From Vampirovibrionales bacterium (GTDB lineage Bacteria; Cyanobacteriota; Vampirovibrionia; Vampirovibrionales; JAJTHC01), in the NCBI GenBank assembly GCA_044358835.1, contig JBIKNF010000002.1:9909-73908 (forward strand): DNA of 64,000 bases. Direction: 5' to 3'. The position numbers were made by a program, and so were the translations under genes. Below the pieces are notes generated by a model that was given only the letters and a program-made list of their open reading frames with translations, was not told the origin of the DNA and did not search any database. Position 1 is the stretch's first letter; each line of letters opens with the position of its first letter. Below, piece by piece: positions 10,104 to 21,100 of this stretch.

Positions 10104-10137
10104 AGGGATGCCTTAAAACAACATCCCCTTTTTTTCT
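10104..10137 (+). terminator. Intrinsic terminator-like hairpin with a T-run in the eda to heme-cluster spacer
   Basis: agggatg-N11-catccct followed by ttttttt. Confidence 0.3.
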
Positions 10138-10191
10138 GTTTGATTTTTCCGTCGCTGGTTTTTTTTATGGGCTTTAGGGTACAATAAAAAA

Positions 10192-11562
10192 ATGATGGAT
10201 TCACACACACACACGACTTCCCTTACTTCGCTGGCAGCCCCCGTGCTTATTGTTGGCGCAGGGCTTGCGGGCTTATCCTGTGCCAATACCTTACAACGTC
10301 ACGGCCTTGCCTTTATACTGATTGAAGCCGATTCTTCTGTTGGCGGGCGCATGCATAGCGATACGCATCACGGGTTTATTTTGGATCGCGGCTTTCAAGC
10401 GTTTAACACCGCTTATGAAGAAGCTCGCCATTTTTTAGATTTCAAAGCACTGAACTTGCAAGCCTTCTACGCAGGAGCCGTCATCCGCCACAACGGAGCC
10501 TTTCACCAAGTTGGCGACCCCTTTCGAGACTTCCGCCAATTATTTACAGGACTTTTTTCACCCATCGGCACTGTGAAGGACAAGCTACTTACCTTGAAAT
10601 TGTCCCTTTACGCCAAAGGCTTAGACGAATCCGCTATTTTCCAAACGCCCGAACAAACGACGCTCGATTTTTTACAACATTACGGCTTTAGCGAAACCTA
10701 TATTCAACAGTTTTTTAAGCCGTTTTACGGTGGCGTTTTTTTAGAAAGTACACTAAGCACCAGTGTGCGTAAGTTTTTGTACACGTTTAAGTGTTTCGCG
10801 CGTGGGCAGGTCGTGGTTCCGCGTATGGGAATGCAAGCCATCCCTCAGCAATTGCTCGAATCGCTTTCCCCTGAACAAGTCTGGCTGAACCAACGGGTGC
10901 AATCACTGGGCCCCTATGACCCTCAAAATCCTTCACCGCGAACCTTAACACTGGCCGATGGCACCGACGTTCAGGGGAGCTTTGTGGTATTGGCGACCCC
11001 CTTGGCCGAAACCTTTCGCCTGTTGAATGAAACCTTTGACGTCCCGCAACACGCTACCAAAAATCTCTATTTTTCCTTTGAAGGCCCATTGCCTCAGCAT
11101 GTGGTGGGTTCAGCCTTGTATTTAAATGGCGAAGCTTCAGGATGCATTGAACACCTCTGCTTTATTTCAGCCGTTTCGCCCGAATACGCCCCAACAGGCA
11201 AGCAGTTGGTGAGCGTGACGCTGAAAGACACCGCCCTTCAACAAAGCAACGCTTCCCTTGAAGTGGAGGTTCGCCGTCAGCTTCACGACTGGTTTGGGGC
11301 ATGCACGGCCTATTGGCAGAAAGAAGCCGAGTACGTGATTCCACACGCCTTGCCCGCTTCGACTGTGTTTTACGGTACAGAAGCCCCCGCCTTGCAAGAC
11401 GCCATCCACGCTTTACAGCACCAGTGGAACATTCAACTCGCAAGCGATGCACTCGATTCAGGCTCTATCAACGGGGCTTTGCGTTCAGGTCGTTTGGCCG
11501 CCTTACACGTTTTAAAACAACTTAACCTTTGCCCCACAACCCTTAAGGAAACTTCCCCATGA
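10192..11562 (+). CDS. FAD-dependent oxidoreductase of the amine-oxidase/protoporphyrinogen-oxidase fold (possible HemY-type PPO)
   Basis: N-terminal dinucleotide-binding motif VGAGLAGLSCA...IEADSSVGGR. It is 456 aa and sits upstream of a cbiX-like gene and hemB. Confidence 0.5.
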   Translation: MMDSHTHTTSLTSLAAPVLIVGAGLAGLSCANTLQRHGLAFILIEADSSVGGRMHSDTHHGFILDRGFQAFNTAYEEARHFLDFKALNLQAFYAGAVIRHNGAFHQVGDPFRDFRQLFTGLFSPIGTVKDKLLTLKLSLYAKGLDESAIFQTPEQTTLDFLQHYGFSETYIQQFFKPFYGGVFLESTLSTSVRKFLYTFKCFARGQVVVPRMGMQAIPQQLLESLSPEQVWLNQRVQSLGPYDPQNPSPRTLTLADGTDVQGSFVVLATPLAETFRLLNETFDVPQHATKNLYFSFEGPLPQHVVGSALYLNGEASGCIEHLCFISAVSPEYAPTGKQLVSVTLKDTALQQSNASLEVEVRRQLHDWFGACTAYWQKEAEYVIPHALPASTVFYGTEAPALQDAIHALQHQWNIQLASDALDSGSINGALRSGRLAALHVLKQLNLCPTTLKETSP

Positions 11563-12068
11563 CCCTATGGAATAGTCTATGGTCTTCACTAACAGCCCCC
11601 TTACCTCCGACACAAGTCACGTTTGTCGCCTTGTTGATTCAAACCTTTTGCACCTTTGCCATGACGGGTTTGATTTGGCTGATTCAAGGGGTGCATTACC
11701 CGCTTTTGGCGAAAATTGGGCCAAGCGAATTCACAGAATACGTGCATTTGCATGCCCGAAACATTACCTACATTGTGGGCCCTTTAATGATGATTGAAGT
11801 GATGACGGCCTTGGCGTGCCTTTATTGGGCGAAATCGCTCGGTGTGCCTGCCTGGGTGTTGTGGGCGGGTTTAGCCCTGTTGTTTGTGATTTGGGCCGCC
11901 ACCGCCTTTCTTTCTGTTCCCTGCCATGACGCCCTTTCACGAGGCTACGACTTAAGCGTGATTCATCGATTGGTCGAAACCAACTGGGTTCGCACCGTGG
12001 CCTGGACGATCCGCAGTGGGCTTTTATTGTGGACGCTTTGGCTGTTGTTGAGTAAGAAGGTGGTGTAA
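11559..12068 (+). CDS. Hypothetical 4-TM membrane protein inside the heme cluster
   Basis: 169 aa with four hydrophobic helices. Its start overlaps the upstream gene's stop by 4 nt (operon). Confidence 0.5.
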   Translation: MTLWNSLWSSLTAPLPPTQVTFVALLIQTFCTFAMTGLIWLIQGVHYPLLAKIGPSEFTEYVHLHARNITYIVGPLMMIEVMTALACLYWAKSLGVPAWVLWAGLALLFVIWAATAFLSVPCHDALSRGYDLSVIHRLVETNWVRTVAWTIRSGLLLWTLWLLLSKKVV

Positions 12069-12070
12069 TA

Positions 12071-12442
12071 ATGAGTTCAAACACCTTTACCCTGCTTGTC
12101 GCTCACGGCAGTCGAGACGAACGCTGGAAGCAACCCTTTCAAGCCCTCATCCAACGGATTAAACGTACGTCTCCCCATGCGTTGGTTGACCTGTGCTACA
12201 TGGAAATGACCACCCCCACCGCCGATGAGGTCCTTGCCACGCTCGACGTTTCACACTTGACGCATCTTCAGATTTTACCGATTTTTATGGCGGCAGGCGC
12301 CCATGTGGCTCACGAAATCGAAGAGATGAAGCTTTCGATTGCCCAACGCTTTCCGCACTTAAGCGTGGAAGTGTTGCCTCCGATCGGTGAGCACCCGCTG
12401 GTGCAAGACGCTTTTCAAGATATTATTTTAAAAACCCTTTAA
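12071..12442 (+). CDS. Small CbiX-type class II chelatase (sirohydrochlorin ferro/cobalto-chelatase-like)
   Basis: 123 aa with LLVAHGSRDERW, which is the CbiX/SirB N-terminal signature, and a second conserved His region. Confidence 0.65.
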   Translation: MSSNTFTLLVAHGSRDERWKQPFQALIQRIKRTSPHALVDLCYMEMTTPTADEVLATLDVSHLTHLQILPIFMAAGAHVAHEIEEMKLSIAQRFPHLSVEVLPPIGEHPLVQDAFQDIILKTL

Positions 12443-12454
12443 AAAGGAAAGCCC

Positions 12455-13444
12455 ATGTTTACTGGTATGTACCCCCTTGCTCGTAATCGTCGTATGCGGT
12501 CAGACGCGTGGAGCCGTGCGCTTATTCAAGAAACGCAACTCCTGCCCCAAAACCTCATTCAACCGCTCTTTATCATTGAAGGGTTTCAACAACGCGTTGA
12601 TATACCCAGTTTGCCTACAGTACAGCGTTATAGTGTGGATTGCGCTGTAGAAGTGGCCAAAGAAGCCGAAGCCCTAGGTATTCCCTGTGTGGCCTTGTTT
12701 GCTTGTGTGGAAGATTCGCTTAAATCAGAAGACGCCCAAGAAGCGTGGAACTCCAACAGCCTTGCCTGCCGAGCTATTCACGCCATTAAGCAAGCCTGCC
12801 CCAACTTGGGCATTATGGTGGATGTCGCCCTGGATCTTTACACCACCCATGGCCACGACGGCCTACTGGTGAATCACACCATTCATAACGATAAAACCAT
12901 TCAAGCCCTGATTAAACAAGGCCTGAACTACGCGCACGCAGGGGCAGATGCCCTAGGCCCTTCTGATATGATGGACGGTCGCATTCGGGGCTTGCGTGAA
13001 GCCCTTGAACACGCGCATTTTCACGACACTAAACTCTTTGCGTATACGGCGAAATACGCCTCCGCCCTGTATGGCCCGTTTCGAGAGGCAGTGGGCTCTT
13101 CGAGTCACTTGGGGGGGGCTTCTAAGCTCACTTACCAGCAGGATCCCGCCAATTTGCAAGAAGCCTTACGCGAAGCTCAGCAAGATATTCAAGAAGGCGC
13201 AGACATGCTGATGGTGAAACCGGGTACTTTTTACTTGGATGTGATTCAACTCTTGAAGCAAACGACTCAAATGCCCTTGCTCGCTTACCACGTCAGTGGT
13301 GAATATGCGATGATTCAAGCCGCCCACCAACTCGGTTACCTAGATGGTAAACGGGTGTTGTTCGAAGCGTTGTTGGCCTTAAAGCGCGCGGGGTGTAATG
13401 GAATTTTGACTTATGGGGCCATTGAAGTCGCAAAGGAACTTTAA
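12455..13444 (+). CDS. hemB: Porphobilinogen synthase (delta-aminolevulinic acid dehydratase), Asp-rich (Mg-type) active site
   Basis: SDMMDGRI, KLTYQQDPAN, MLMVKPG and AYHVSGEY are all present. DVALDLYTTHGHDG replaces the Zn-binding Cys triad. Confidence 0.92.
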   Translation: MFTGMYPLARNRRMRSDAWSRALIQETQLLPQNLIQPLFIIEGFQQRVDIPSLPTVQRYSVDCAVEVAKEAEALGIPCVALFACVEDSLKSEDAQEAWNSNSLACRAIHAIKQACPNLGIMVDVALDLYTTHGHDGLLVNHTIHNDKTIQALIKQGLNYAHAGADALGPSDMMDGRIRGLREALEHAHFHDTKLFAYTAKYASALYGPFREAVGSSSHLGGASKLTYQQDPANLQEALREAQQDIQEGADMLMVKPGTFYLDVIQLLKQTTQMPLLAYHVSGEYAMIQAAHQLGYLDGKRVLFEALLALKRAGCNGILTYGAIEVAKEL

Positions 13445-13446
13445 GC

Positions 13447-14169
13447 ATGCAAGCCGTCTTGCCCGAAGCGTTCATCGAACGGATTAAGCCCTATATACTG
13501 GATGCAGAACTCGACTTATATGAAGCGTATTCGGTTACTTCAACCAATGATTGGGCGTGGGAACATTATGAACAGGCCCAAAAGTATCAGGTGGTACGAC
13601 CCAGCTTATTTTTGGCTGAAACGCAAGAAAACGGCCGCGGCACACTCGGCCGCAAATGGCATTCCCCAGCGGGCAGTGGCATTTACGGTTCAATTTTGTT
13701 TCCTGTTCATCATAAATCATTTTCCACACGTCGTGTAGCCCATGGTTTTGTGCCGATGTATACCAGTATAGCGGGCCTTGCCACTTGGATTGTGTTGACG
13801 TCTATTTACCCGAGCCTAAGCCCTATTTTACGGATTAGAGGGGTGAACGATCTGTATGCGAAACACGCCAAGGTGGGGGGGGTTTTGGTCGAGACTCGGA
13901 TGTCTGCTGAAGGGGTGTTGAAAGCCGTCGTTACCGGGGTTGGTATTAATTTACATGAAAGTCCTGATTTAAAAATTGTGGACGAACGTCATTGCCCTAT
14001 GAGTATTGAAGCATTGTTACCCCCCGATGAGAGAGAAAATATGATGAGCCGTAAGCAAACGGCGTATTTGATAGGTAAATGTGTGGTGGGCCTATGCCAA
14101 ATGTTGAATGAAGGATTAATGCTAGAGTATGAAAGCGTTATAGAATGTATTCGAACAACGGGGTTTTAA
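13447..14169 (+). CDS. birA: Biotin--[acetyl-CoA-carboxylase] ligase (BirA, group I without HTH)
   Basis: QENGRGTLGRKWHSPAGSGIYGS matches the GRGRxGRxW biotin-binding loop. RGVNDLYAKHAKVGGVLVE matches the KWPND region. Confidence 0.75.
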   Translation: MQAVLPEAFIERIKPYILDAELDLYEAYSVTSTNDWAWEHYEQAQKYQVVRPSLFLAETQENGRGTLGRKWHSPAGSGIYGSILFPVHHKSFSTRRVAHGFVPMYTSIAGLATWIVLTSIYPSLSPILRIRGVNDLYAKHAKVGGVLVETRMSAEGVLKAVVTGVGINLHESPDLKIVDERHCPMSIEALLPPDERENMMSRKQTAYLIGKCVVGLCQMLNEGLMLEYESVIECIRTTGF

Positions 14170-14428
14170 AGGCTATTCTGTGTGTCGAAAATTAGGCCGT
14201 TTTTACTTCAAAAAGCTACTTTGTGAACAAAAAACGTAAAAAAATGCAAAAAAAAGGGTGTATATTCTAGAAGAATAAACACCACCTTTCTATCGGGAAA
14301 GAGAGAGAGAGAAAAAACAACTTTGTTCTGTTGAACTGTTGACTATGGTTTCGGCACGACCGCGTCGAACTTGCACCAGCCCCTTCAAATGGATGATTCC
14401 ACCTGCTAAAAGTCTTGTGTCTATGCTT

Positions 14429-15829
14429 TTACGCCATGCTGTGTAGGTGATCCATCTGCGGGTGCAGTTCTTGGAGTAGCGCTAAGAGTAACTCAAAGGT
14501 CTGGCCCCCTTGATCCGTATGCTTGCCTTCAATTTCATCTACAATACCGCCAACATTGGAAGAAGTGGTGTTTCTTGATTGCCGAAGCAGTGCTGTTACT
14601 GCTTGGGTGAGGTTTTTGCGAATACGAACTTGCTTATCGTCTGTGCCTTGTTGATTTAGGGCGTGGTAACCGTCCTTAGCCAAGGTATCTAAGGCCTCGA
14701 ATAGTTTGTTGTTTTCGCGGTTGTTTTGCAACTTGTGTGCCATAATCGTCTTGTATTCTTGAATGAACGACTTCCATTCATCGGGCTTAAAAAGCCGTAT
14801 GGGGCTGGTGTGGGTTTCACCAGCGTAGTCTTTTTCAACATTAGAAGCGATGTACAAGAATTCGCGCAACGCCCGTTCCGCCTCAAGCTTTCGAGCGTCC
14901 TTGTCCAACCACCCTCGGTAAATCAGCGACTTTATTTTCGGCAAATGCACCAATCGAGACAACAACGCCGTGCCTTCACCCATGGGGTAATTTGTAGGGT
15001 CAACTTTGTGGCGTTCAATGTAGGTTTTCAAAAACTCTTCGCTGATATTCGTTAGGGTTTGCACTTTTTCGTTATGCGTTAACCCACAACGACGGTAGTT
15101 TTCAATCAACGCCCGCAGGATGCTTTGGGTTTGATGCACGGCTTCGGCATGGGTTTTAAACCCAAACTCCAAGTGAAGATCTGGCTCAAATAGCTTGTCT
15201 TTCGTTGGGTCTCGCATCAATTCGCGCAGCAGGCGCATGACATCAAAGGCCTGTTCGCGTTTATTTTCTGAGGCATGGGCATTACGCATGCGATGCCACC
15301 CGTTTTTGCCATAATCGTCTTTCAAATAGTTGATAGCGTTCTGAACAAATGCAGTCCCCCCTTCCGCCGTCATTTTTCGAGACAATTGACGATATTTTTT
15401 GCGACTGGTGGCATGCCCCAGCCCCTGCGCCCAAAGAATAGAAATGGCGTTTTGATCGTCCTTAAACGGTTTGGCCAGTGGGTTTTTAATCCATTGCCAA
15501 ACCCTGTCCCACGCGCTGGGGGTGGTTTTCGCGGGTTGACGCGTCAACAACACCCATAACAGCACCAAACCGCTCAGGCCCACGCCTGCTTTTAGGGCAT
15601 CGTGGGCGTTTTGATCCTGCGTAAAACCAGGGGGCAATTGAAACGGCCCTACTTGATGCGGTTCTACAGGAACCGCCCCAGCAGACGCCACCACTGAAGG
15701 GTGCGTATTGATGTAGCGTGCATCTTCAATGCCGGTGTACGGATTGACCATGGCATTGGCGTCCCAACTGGCCTGCTGAAGAGGCATAGGCGGGTTGCCG
15801 TAATAAAAAGGGCTTCCGTAAGCGGACAT
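14429..15829 (-). CDS. Hypothetical protein with Pro/Tyr-rich N-terminus and one TM helix
   Basis: 466 aa. The N-terminus reads FYYGNPPMP..., followed by a hydrophobic segment LSGLVLLWVLL. No motif recognised. Confidence 0.55.
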   Translation of the reverse strand: MSAYGSPFYYGNPPMPLQQASWDANAMVNPYTGIEDARYINTHPSVVASAGAVPVEPHQVGPFQLPPGFTQDQNAHDALKAGVGLSGLVLLWVLLTRQPAKTTPSAWDRVWQWIKNPLAKPFKDDQNAISILWAQGLGHATSRKKYRQLSRKMTAEGGTAFVQNAINYLKDDYGKNGWHRMRNAHASENKREQAFDVMRLLRELMRDPTKDKLFEPDLHLEFGFKTHAEAVHQTQSILRALIENYRRCGLTHNEKVQTLTNISEEFLKTYIERHKVDPTNYPMGEGTALLSRLVHLPKIKSLIYRGWLDKDARKLEAERALREFLYIASNVEKDYAGETHTSPIRLFKPDEWKSFIQEYKTIMAHKLQNNRENNKLFEALDTLAKDGYHALNQQGTDDKQVRIRKNLTQAVTALLRQSRNTTSSNVGGIVDEIEGKHTDQGGQTFELLLALLQELHPQMDHLHSMA

Positions 15830-15875
15830 GTGTAAACTCTTTCATTGGGTGTTTTAATAAGACAAGATCAAGACC

Positions 15876-16193
15876 TTACATGGCAATTAACCACAGCACA
15901 AATAGACCAATTGCAGAAGTGGTAATAATAGACGACCATTCGTTAAGGCTTAAGTTAATGGAATGATCCAAATGACGGCGTTCAAACTGACTTTCTGGTG
16001 GGGTGAGGTAATCCGAATTAGGGGATTCATGAAAGCGTGGAGGCAACGGCATTGAATAACCTGCGGGCTTGCCTGTGCTATAGCCCCCTGCGGCCACGTA
16101 AGGCGACGCACCGGGGATGTAACCCGTAAAGGCCCCAACAGGCGGTAATGGATAGTAAGACGACATCATGCAGGCTTCCTTATCAGTGTCCAC
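15876..16193 (-). CDS. Hypothetical small tail-anchored protein, Pro/Tyr/Gly-rich
   Basis: 105 aa with YYPLPPVGAFTGYIPGASPY... and a C-terminal TM helix IITTSAIGLFVLWLIAM. Confidence 0.45.
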   Translation of the reverse strand: MDTDKEACMMSSYYPLPPVGAFTGYIPGASPYVAAGGYSTGKPAGYSMPLPPRFHESPNSDYLTPPESQFERRHLDHSINLSLNEWSSIITTSAIGLFVLWLIAM

Positions 16194-16469
16194 GTCGCAG
16201 AAAATGGTGGATCACACCCAAGTCTTTTAACGCTATAGGAATAAAAACAAAAACGCATTACTTTTGTGCGTGTTGGCTTTTGTGGTACAATAAAAGAGAT
16301 TAAAAGTGAGACATAAGTGTCACGGGTTTGGTGGTTGTTGGTGTGCATAAGCGCTTGCCTTAAGCATGGTTTTTGACGTTGGATTAACCAACGCTTACAA
16401 CGAATCTCCCTCCTGTGTACCTTTGACGGCGCTTGCGATTGTTTACCTCATTTATAAGGATGCATCTCC

Positions 16470-17735
16470 ATGAGTTTGATTCGTTTAGAAGATTTAACCC
16501 CCAATCAATTAGCAGGCAAGCGTGTTTTGGTGCGTGAAGACTTGAACGTGCCCATGAGCAACGGCACCATTGACGACGACAGCCGAATCGCCGCGGCCTT
16601 GCCTACGTTGAAGTACTTGATTCAAGCGGGGGCTAAAGTGATTGTGGTCAGCCATTTCGGACGACCCAAGCATGAAGTAAACGCGTCTGATTTAGGGGCG
16701 TCTTGCCAAGTAAATCAAACCGATCGTCAGCAATTAAGCATGACCCCTATTTCGCGTCACTTGGCTCAGTTGCTTGCGGGAACCCCCTTTATTCAAGCCA
16801 CTGATGTAGTGGGTGAAGATGCCCAAGCCAAAGTAAAGGCCTTAGAAAATGGACACGTGTTGGTGCTTGAAAATGTGCGTTTTGAAGTCGGTGAAGAGCA
16901 GAACGATCCAACTTTTGCCAAGGCCTTGGCCAGTTTGGCGGACGTTTACGTCAACGACGCGTTTGGAACATCCCATCGCGCGCATGCGTCTACAGAAGGG
17001 GTGGCTCATTTGGTGCCTTTAGCGGTTGCAGGATTGCTGATGAGCGCTGAAATTGAAGCCCTAGGCGGTATTTTAAGCAATGCGCCCAAACCGCTCACCG
17101 CCATTGTGGGAGGCTCCAAGGTGTCTACTAAAATTGCGGTGCTCATGAACTTGCTCGACAAAGTGGACAACATCGTCATTGGTGGAGGAATGGCCTACAC
17201 CTTCTTGCTGGCGCAAGGCTACAGCGTGGGTAAGTCCCTGTGTGAACCGGCCTTTGTGGACACTGCCAAAGACATTATGGCCAAAGCCCAAGCCAATGGC
17301 GTGAATCTTTACTTGTCTCAAGACATTGTGGTGGCCGATGCCTTTAGTGCTTCGGCGAATACTCAAATTGTGGATGCCACTGCTATTCCTGATGGTTGGG
17401 AAGGCATGGACATTGGGCCCAAATCTCGTCAAGCGTTTGCGGAAGTGATTTTAAAGAGTGCGTCTATTTTATGGAATGGCCCAGTGGGTGTTTTTGAATG
17501 GGATGCTTTTGCTGAAGGGACTAAAGCCCTTGCAGTTGCGGTAGCTCAAGCCACCCAAAACGGTTCAAAAACCGTCTTAGGCGGCGGAGACACCGTTTCT
17601 GCGGTAGAAAAATTCAAGTATCCCAAGTCCGCCTTTACCCATGTTTCAACGGGGGGTGGGGCAAGCTTAGAGTTTATTGAAGGCAAGGCCTTACCTGGTA
17701 TTGAAGCCCTAAAGGCATGTGCCGTTTCTATATAA
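16470..17735 (+). CDS. pgk: Phosphoglycerate kinase
   Basis: VLVREDLNVP, hinge and nucleotide-binding motifs GGGASLE. 421 aa. Confidence 0.95.
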   Translation: MSLIRLEDLTPNQLAGKRVLVREDLNVPMSNGTIDDDSRIAAALPTLKYLIQAGAKVIVVSHFGRPKHEVNASDLGASCQVNQTDRQQLSMTPISRHLAQLLAGTPFIQATDVVGEDAQAKVKALENGHVLVLENVRFEVGEEQNDPTFAKALASLADVYVNDAFGTSHRAHASTEGVAHLVPLAVAGLLMSAEIEALGGILSNAPKPLTAIVGGSKVSTKIAVLMNLLDKVDNIVIGGGMAYTFLLAQGYSVGKSLCEPAFVDTAKDIMAKAQANGVNLYLSQDIVVADAFSASANTQIVDATAIPDGWEGMDIGPKSRQAFAEVILKSASILWNGPVGVFEWDAFAEGTKALAVAVAQATQNGSKTVLGGGDTVSAVEKFKYPKSAFTHVSTGGGASLEFIEGKALPGIEALKACAVSI

Positions 17736-17752
17736 GGCGTTTGATCGTTTTT

Positions 17753-17797
17753 GAAGGGGGGACTTTTTCGTGAAGTCTCCCCTTCTCATTTTTTTTC
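17753..17797 (+). terminator. Rho-independent terminator of pgk
   Basis: gaaggggggact-loop-agtctccccttc followed by cattttttttt. Confidence 0.55.
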
Positions 17798-18186
17798 ACG
17801 ATGCTCCATTTTCTGATGGATCTCTTCACCAATTTCTTAAAAAAAACTTGCAAATGGCGTTGATGTGTTAGACTATAAGTAGAGATGCACTTTTGAGACA
17901 ATACACTTAGGGTGCTTTACGGAAGGGTTCGTGTTGCTTTTTGTCTAAATAATAGACCCTGCACCCGCAAGCCCTTTTATCAGCGAAGGCTTCTTCGCGC
18001 GTTTATGTAAAATGTTGTAAGTGTTTACGTTGTAAGTGTTGACTTATAACGTTTAGAGATGATTTTCATTCTGCTCATTTTTTCTTGCCCGTCAAAAAAG
18101 ACCTTCTTTTCTGAAGGCGTGTAACGTATGACGCATGGCCACTTAAATACCGAACTAAATCCCTTGAAGGTTAAAACTATTACTGT

Positions 18187-21100
18187 ATGAATAAACAAGC
18201 CCTTTCTGTTCCACAAACAGCCGCAAAATCGCCTAAGCAAAACCAACGTAAAAAAAACAATGCGTCTAAGCAAAATGGCAAGGCGCAAGCCCATTCCCAC
18301 AGCCAGGGAAAGAAGAAGTCCACGACGGCTCAACAACAACCGCCACAACACCTGCCCAAAGAACCGATCCCCCATATTTACCCCGTATGGATCAAAAACC
18401 AAGCCAAAGCGGGCAATTGGCGTCGTGGGCTTGAAATGCACCTTTCAGGTCATAAAATTATGAACTTGGACTTAGAACCCTTTGGCATTGTGGCACAAGT
18501 CAAAGGCAATTATAAATCCCATTACACCACCGAAATGCGCTTTAATACAGCGGGCATTGAACCACGATGTAACTGTGCTATTGAAGAAAAATGGTGTAAA
18601 CATGCGGTGGCCGTAGCCATGAGCATTGCCGAACAACGTTTGTGGGAAGTGTATTGGAACCTGCCTGAAGAAGATGCTGAGCTGATGCCTATAACTCACC
18701 CCATGGGTATTTTAAAGGTACAACTGCACTTGGCTTACAACAAAAGTAAAGGCGTGGGGGTGCGTTTAATTGAACGTGAACGAGACGCTTGGTGTGCGGA
18801 TCCTTCCAAATTGCTCAAGCGCGCGTTGACGGCTCAATACCCGGATGGCACCCCATGGCACCAGGTCAAAGAAGGCCGCGCGGACATTGCCGTGCTTCAA
18901 TTTTTGGAACAGCACCGCATTAAGCAGGTTTCAAATAATGGCTGGTTGTTGGTGCCCTTTGAGTTGTTTGAGGCGTTTTTTACTACGCTAAGCGCGTGTG
19001 AAGAAGTGCTGGATGAAAAAGGCCTTCGCCTTCAGGTGGAAGAACAGCCCTTAATGCCCCTGCTTGAAGTGAGTCAAAATAGTAATGGGCAAACAACCCT
19101 CGCCATGCACTGGAGTCAATTTGAAGCAACGCCTTCACTAGGGGAACCCATCACTACAGAAAAAGCCAAAACCGTTCTTGCCCTTGAAGAACTAGAGTTG
19201 TTGGATCCACAAGCGACATGGGGCAAGCACCTTCAGCGCATCTACCCGCTACAACCTGTTTTAGCAAAACTTCCCAAGGCGCTTAAAAAAAGCACGTTTA
19301 CGGATGTTCCCATGCAAGACAGCGGTAGCTTTTTGTTTGAAGTCTTGCCCAACTTACGCAAACTGTTGTTGGTGGATGACACCGCTGTGGCAGAAACGCT
19401 TAAAAAAATGTCGCAACCGCCTGCGCCTTCTTTAAACGTTGAAATGCTGGATCCTGCTGCGATGCGTCTTCGTTTAGTGCTTCACTTTAATTATGACAAA
19501 ACCCGAATCCCTTATGCCAAGCAAAACAAACAGGCCCCGTATTTAGCGTCTACCAATAAAAAGAAAAATAAAACCACCTGGTATAAGCGCGATTTTGCCT
19601 TTGAAGAAAAGGCGTATGAACGGGTGAATCAGGTGTCGTCTCAACTGATGCAGGCGCATGCGTTAATGTCTGAAGGGGATGAGGCGGTGGATTTGTACAA
19701 TGTGTACTTACCGCGATGGGAAAAAGAAGGCTGGATTATCAATATGATTAATCCGCAAGACATGACGCTTTTACAGGCGTCTCGTAACCCGTTGAGTATT
19801 GTGGCTCGGCTTGAATTTGATGAATCGGTGACGTTTTTTACCTTGAAGTTAGAAGCGCGCTTGGGTCAAAAAAGTATTTCAATGTCTGAAATTCAAAAGC
19901 ACATGGTGGCAGGCAAGAAGTATTTTTACGTGCAGGGAACAGGCTTTGTGGAAGTACCGTTGCATACGTTACTGGCTGTTGGGCGCACAATTCAAGCTTT
20001 TGAACCTGAGATTCTGGATGTGGACTTCTACAAAATCCCGACCTTTAAAGCCGGCTTGCTGATGGAATTGCTGGATGCCAAAGTCACGTTGGATATGTCT
20101 AAAAAGTTTCAGCGTTTTTGGGAAATTATGACCGCAGGCAAACCCATGGAAGAATTGAGTGTGCCCGCCAATGTGGAAGCGGAACTGCGCCCTTACCAAG
20201 AACGGGGCTTTCAATGGTTGTGGTTCTTGTATTCTTACGGCTTAAACGGTATTTTGGCGGACGACATGGGCCTCGGTAAAACGCTTCAAGCGCTGGTGGC
20301 CTTGCAACAAGCCCGCAACAAGCACGGGCAGTTTCCTTCTTTAATTGTATGCCCCACCACGCTGGTGCGAAATTGGCAGAATGAAATTTCGCGCTTTACC
20401 CCTGAACTCACCGTGCTCGACTTGACGGGATCGGATCGTTACGACAACTACCCCAAAATTAAAGACGCCGATATTGTCATTACCAGTTACGCCATTTTAC
20501 GCCGAGACATCAATGCCATTAAGGATTATGCCTTTCGCTTTGCGATTTTGGATGAATCCCAGCAGATTAAAAACTTCAGTTCGCAAACGGCTCAAGCGGC
20601 CAAACAACTGCAATCCCAACACCGTATTGCCCTTTCAGGTACGCCCATTGAAAATCGCTTGAGCGAATTATGGAGCGTGTTTGACTTTTTAATGCCGGGA
20701 TTTTTAGAAGACCACGACGATTTTCGGCGTCGCTATATTCAACCCATTGAAGAACGGGGTAGTTTGGATGCGGGGCATCGCTTGAAGAAGCAGGTGTCGC
20801 CCTTTATTTTGCGTCGCATGAAGCGTGATGTATTAAAAGACTTGCCCCCTAAAATGGAACAAGTCTTGTACTGCGATCTCACCGACAATCAACGCCAATT
20901 GTACTTGGATGTGCTTGAAAAAGCCCGCGAAGAATTGATGGAAGAAGCCATTTCACGGGGCGGTAAAATCAACCAGCAACACGTCTTTTCAGCCCTCACC
21001 AAATTGAGACAAGTCTGTAACCATCCCGCGCTATTAAGCAGTGAACTTTCTGCGGGCGTGCATGAATCAGGCAAGTTTGAACTGTTAAAGGAATTGCTTG

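Noticed and set aside
18025-18441. 138 aa minus-strand ORF overlapping the start of the SNF2 gene
   Set aside because: It is out of phase with the Lys-rich N-terminus of the helicase, which reads continuously from a good start.
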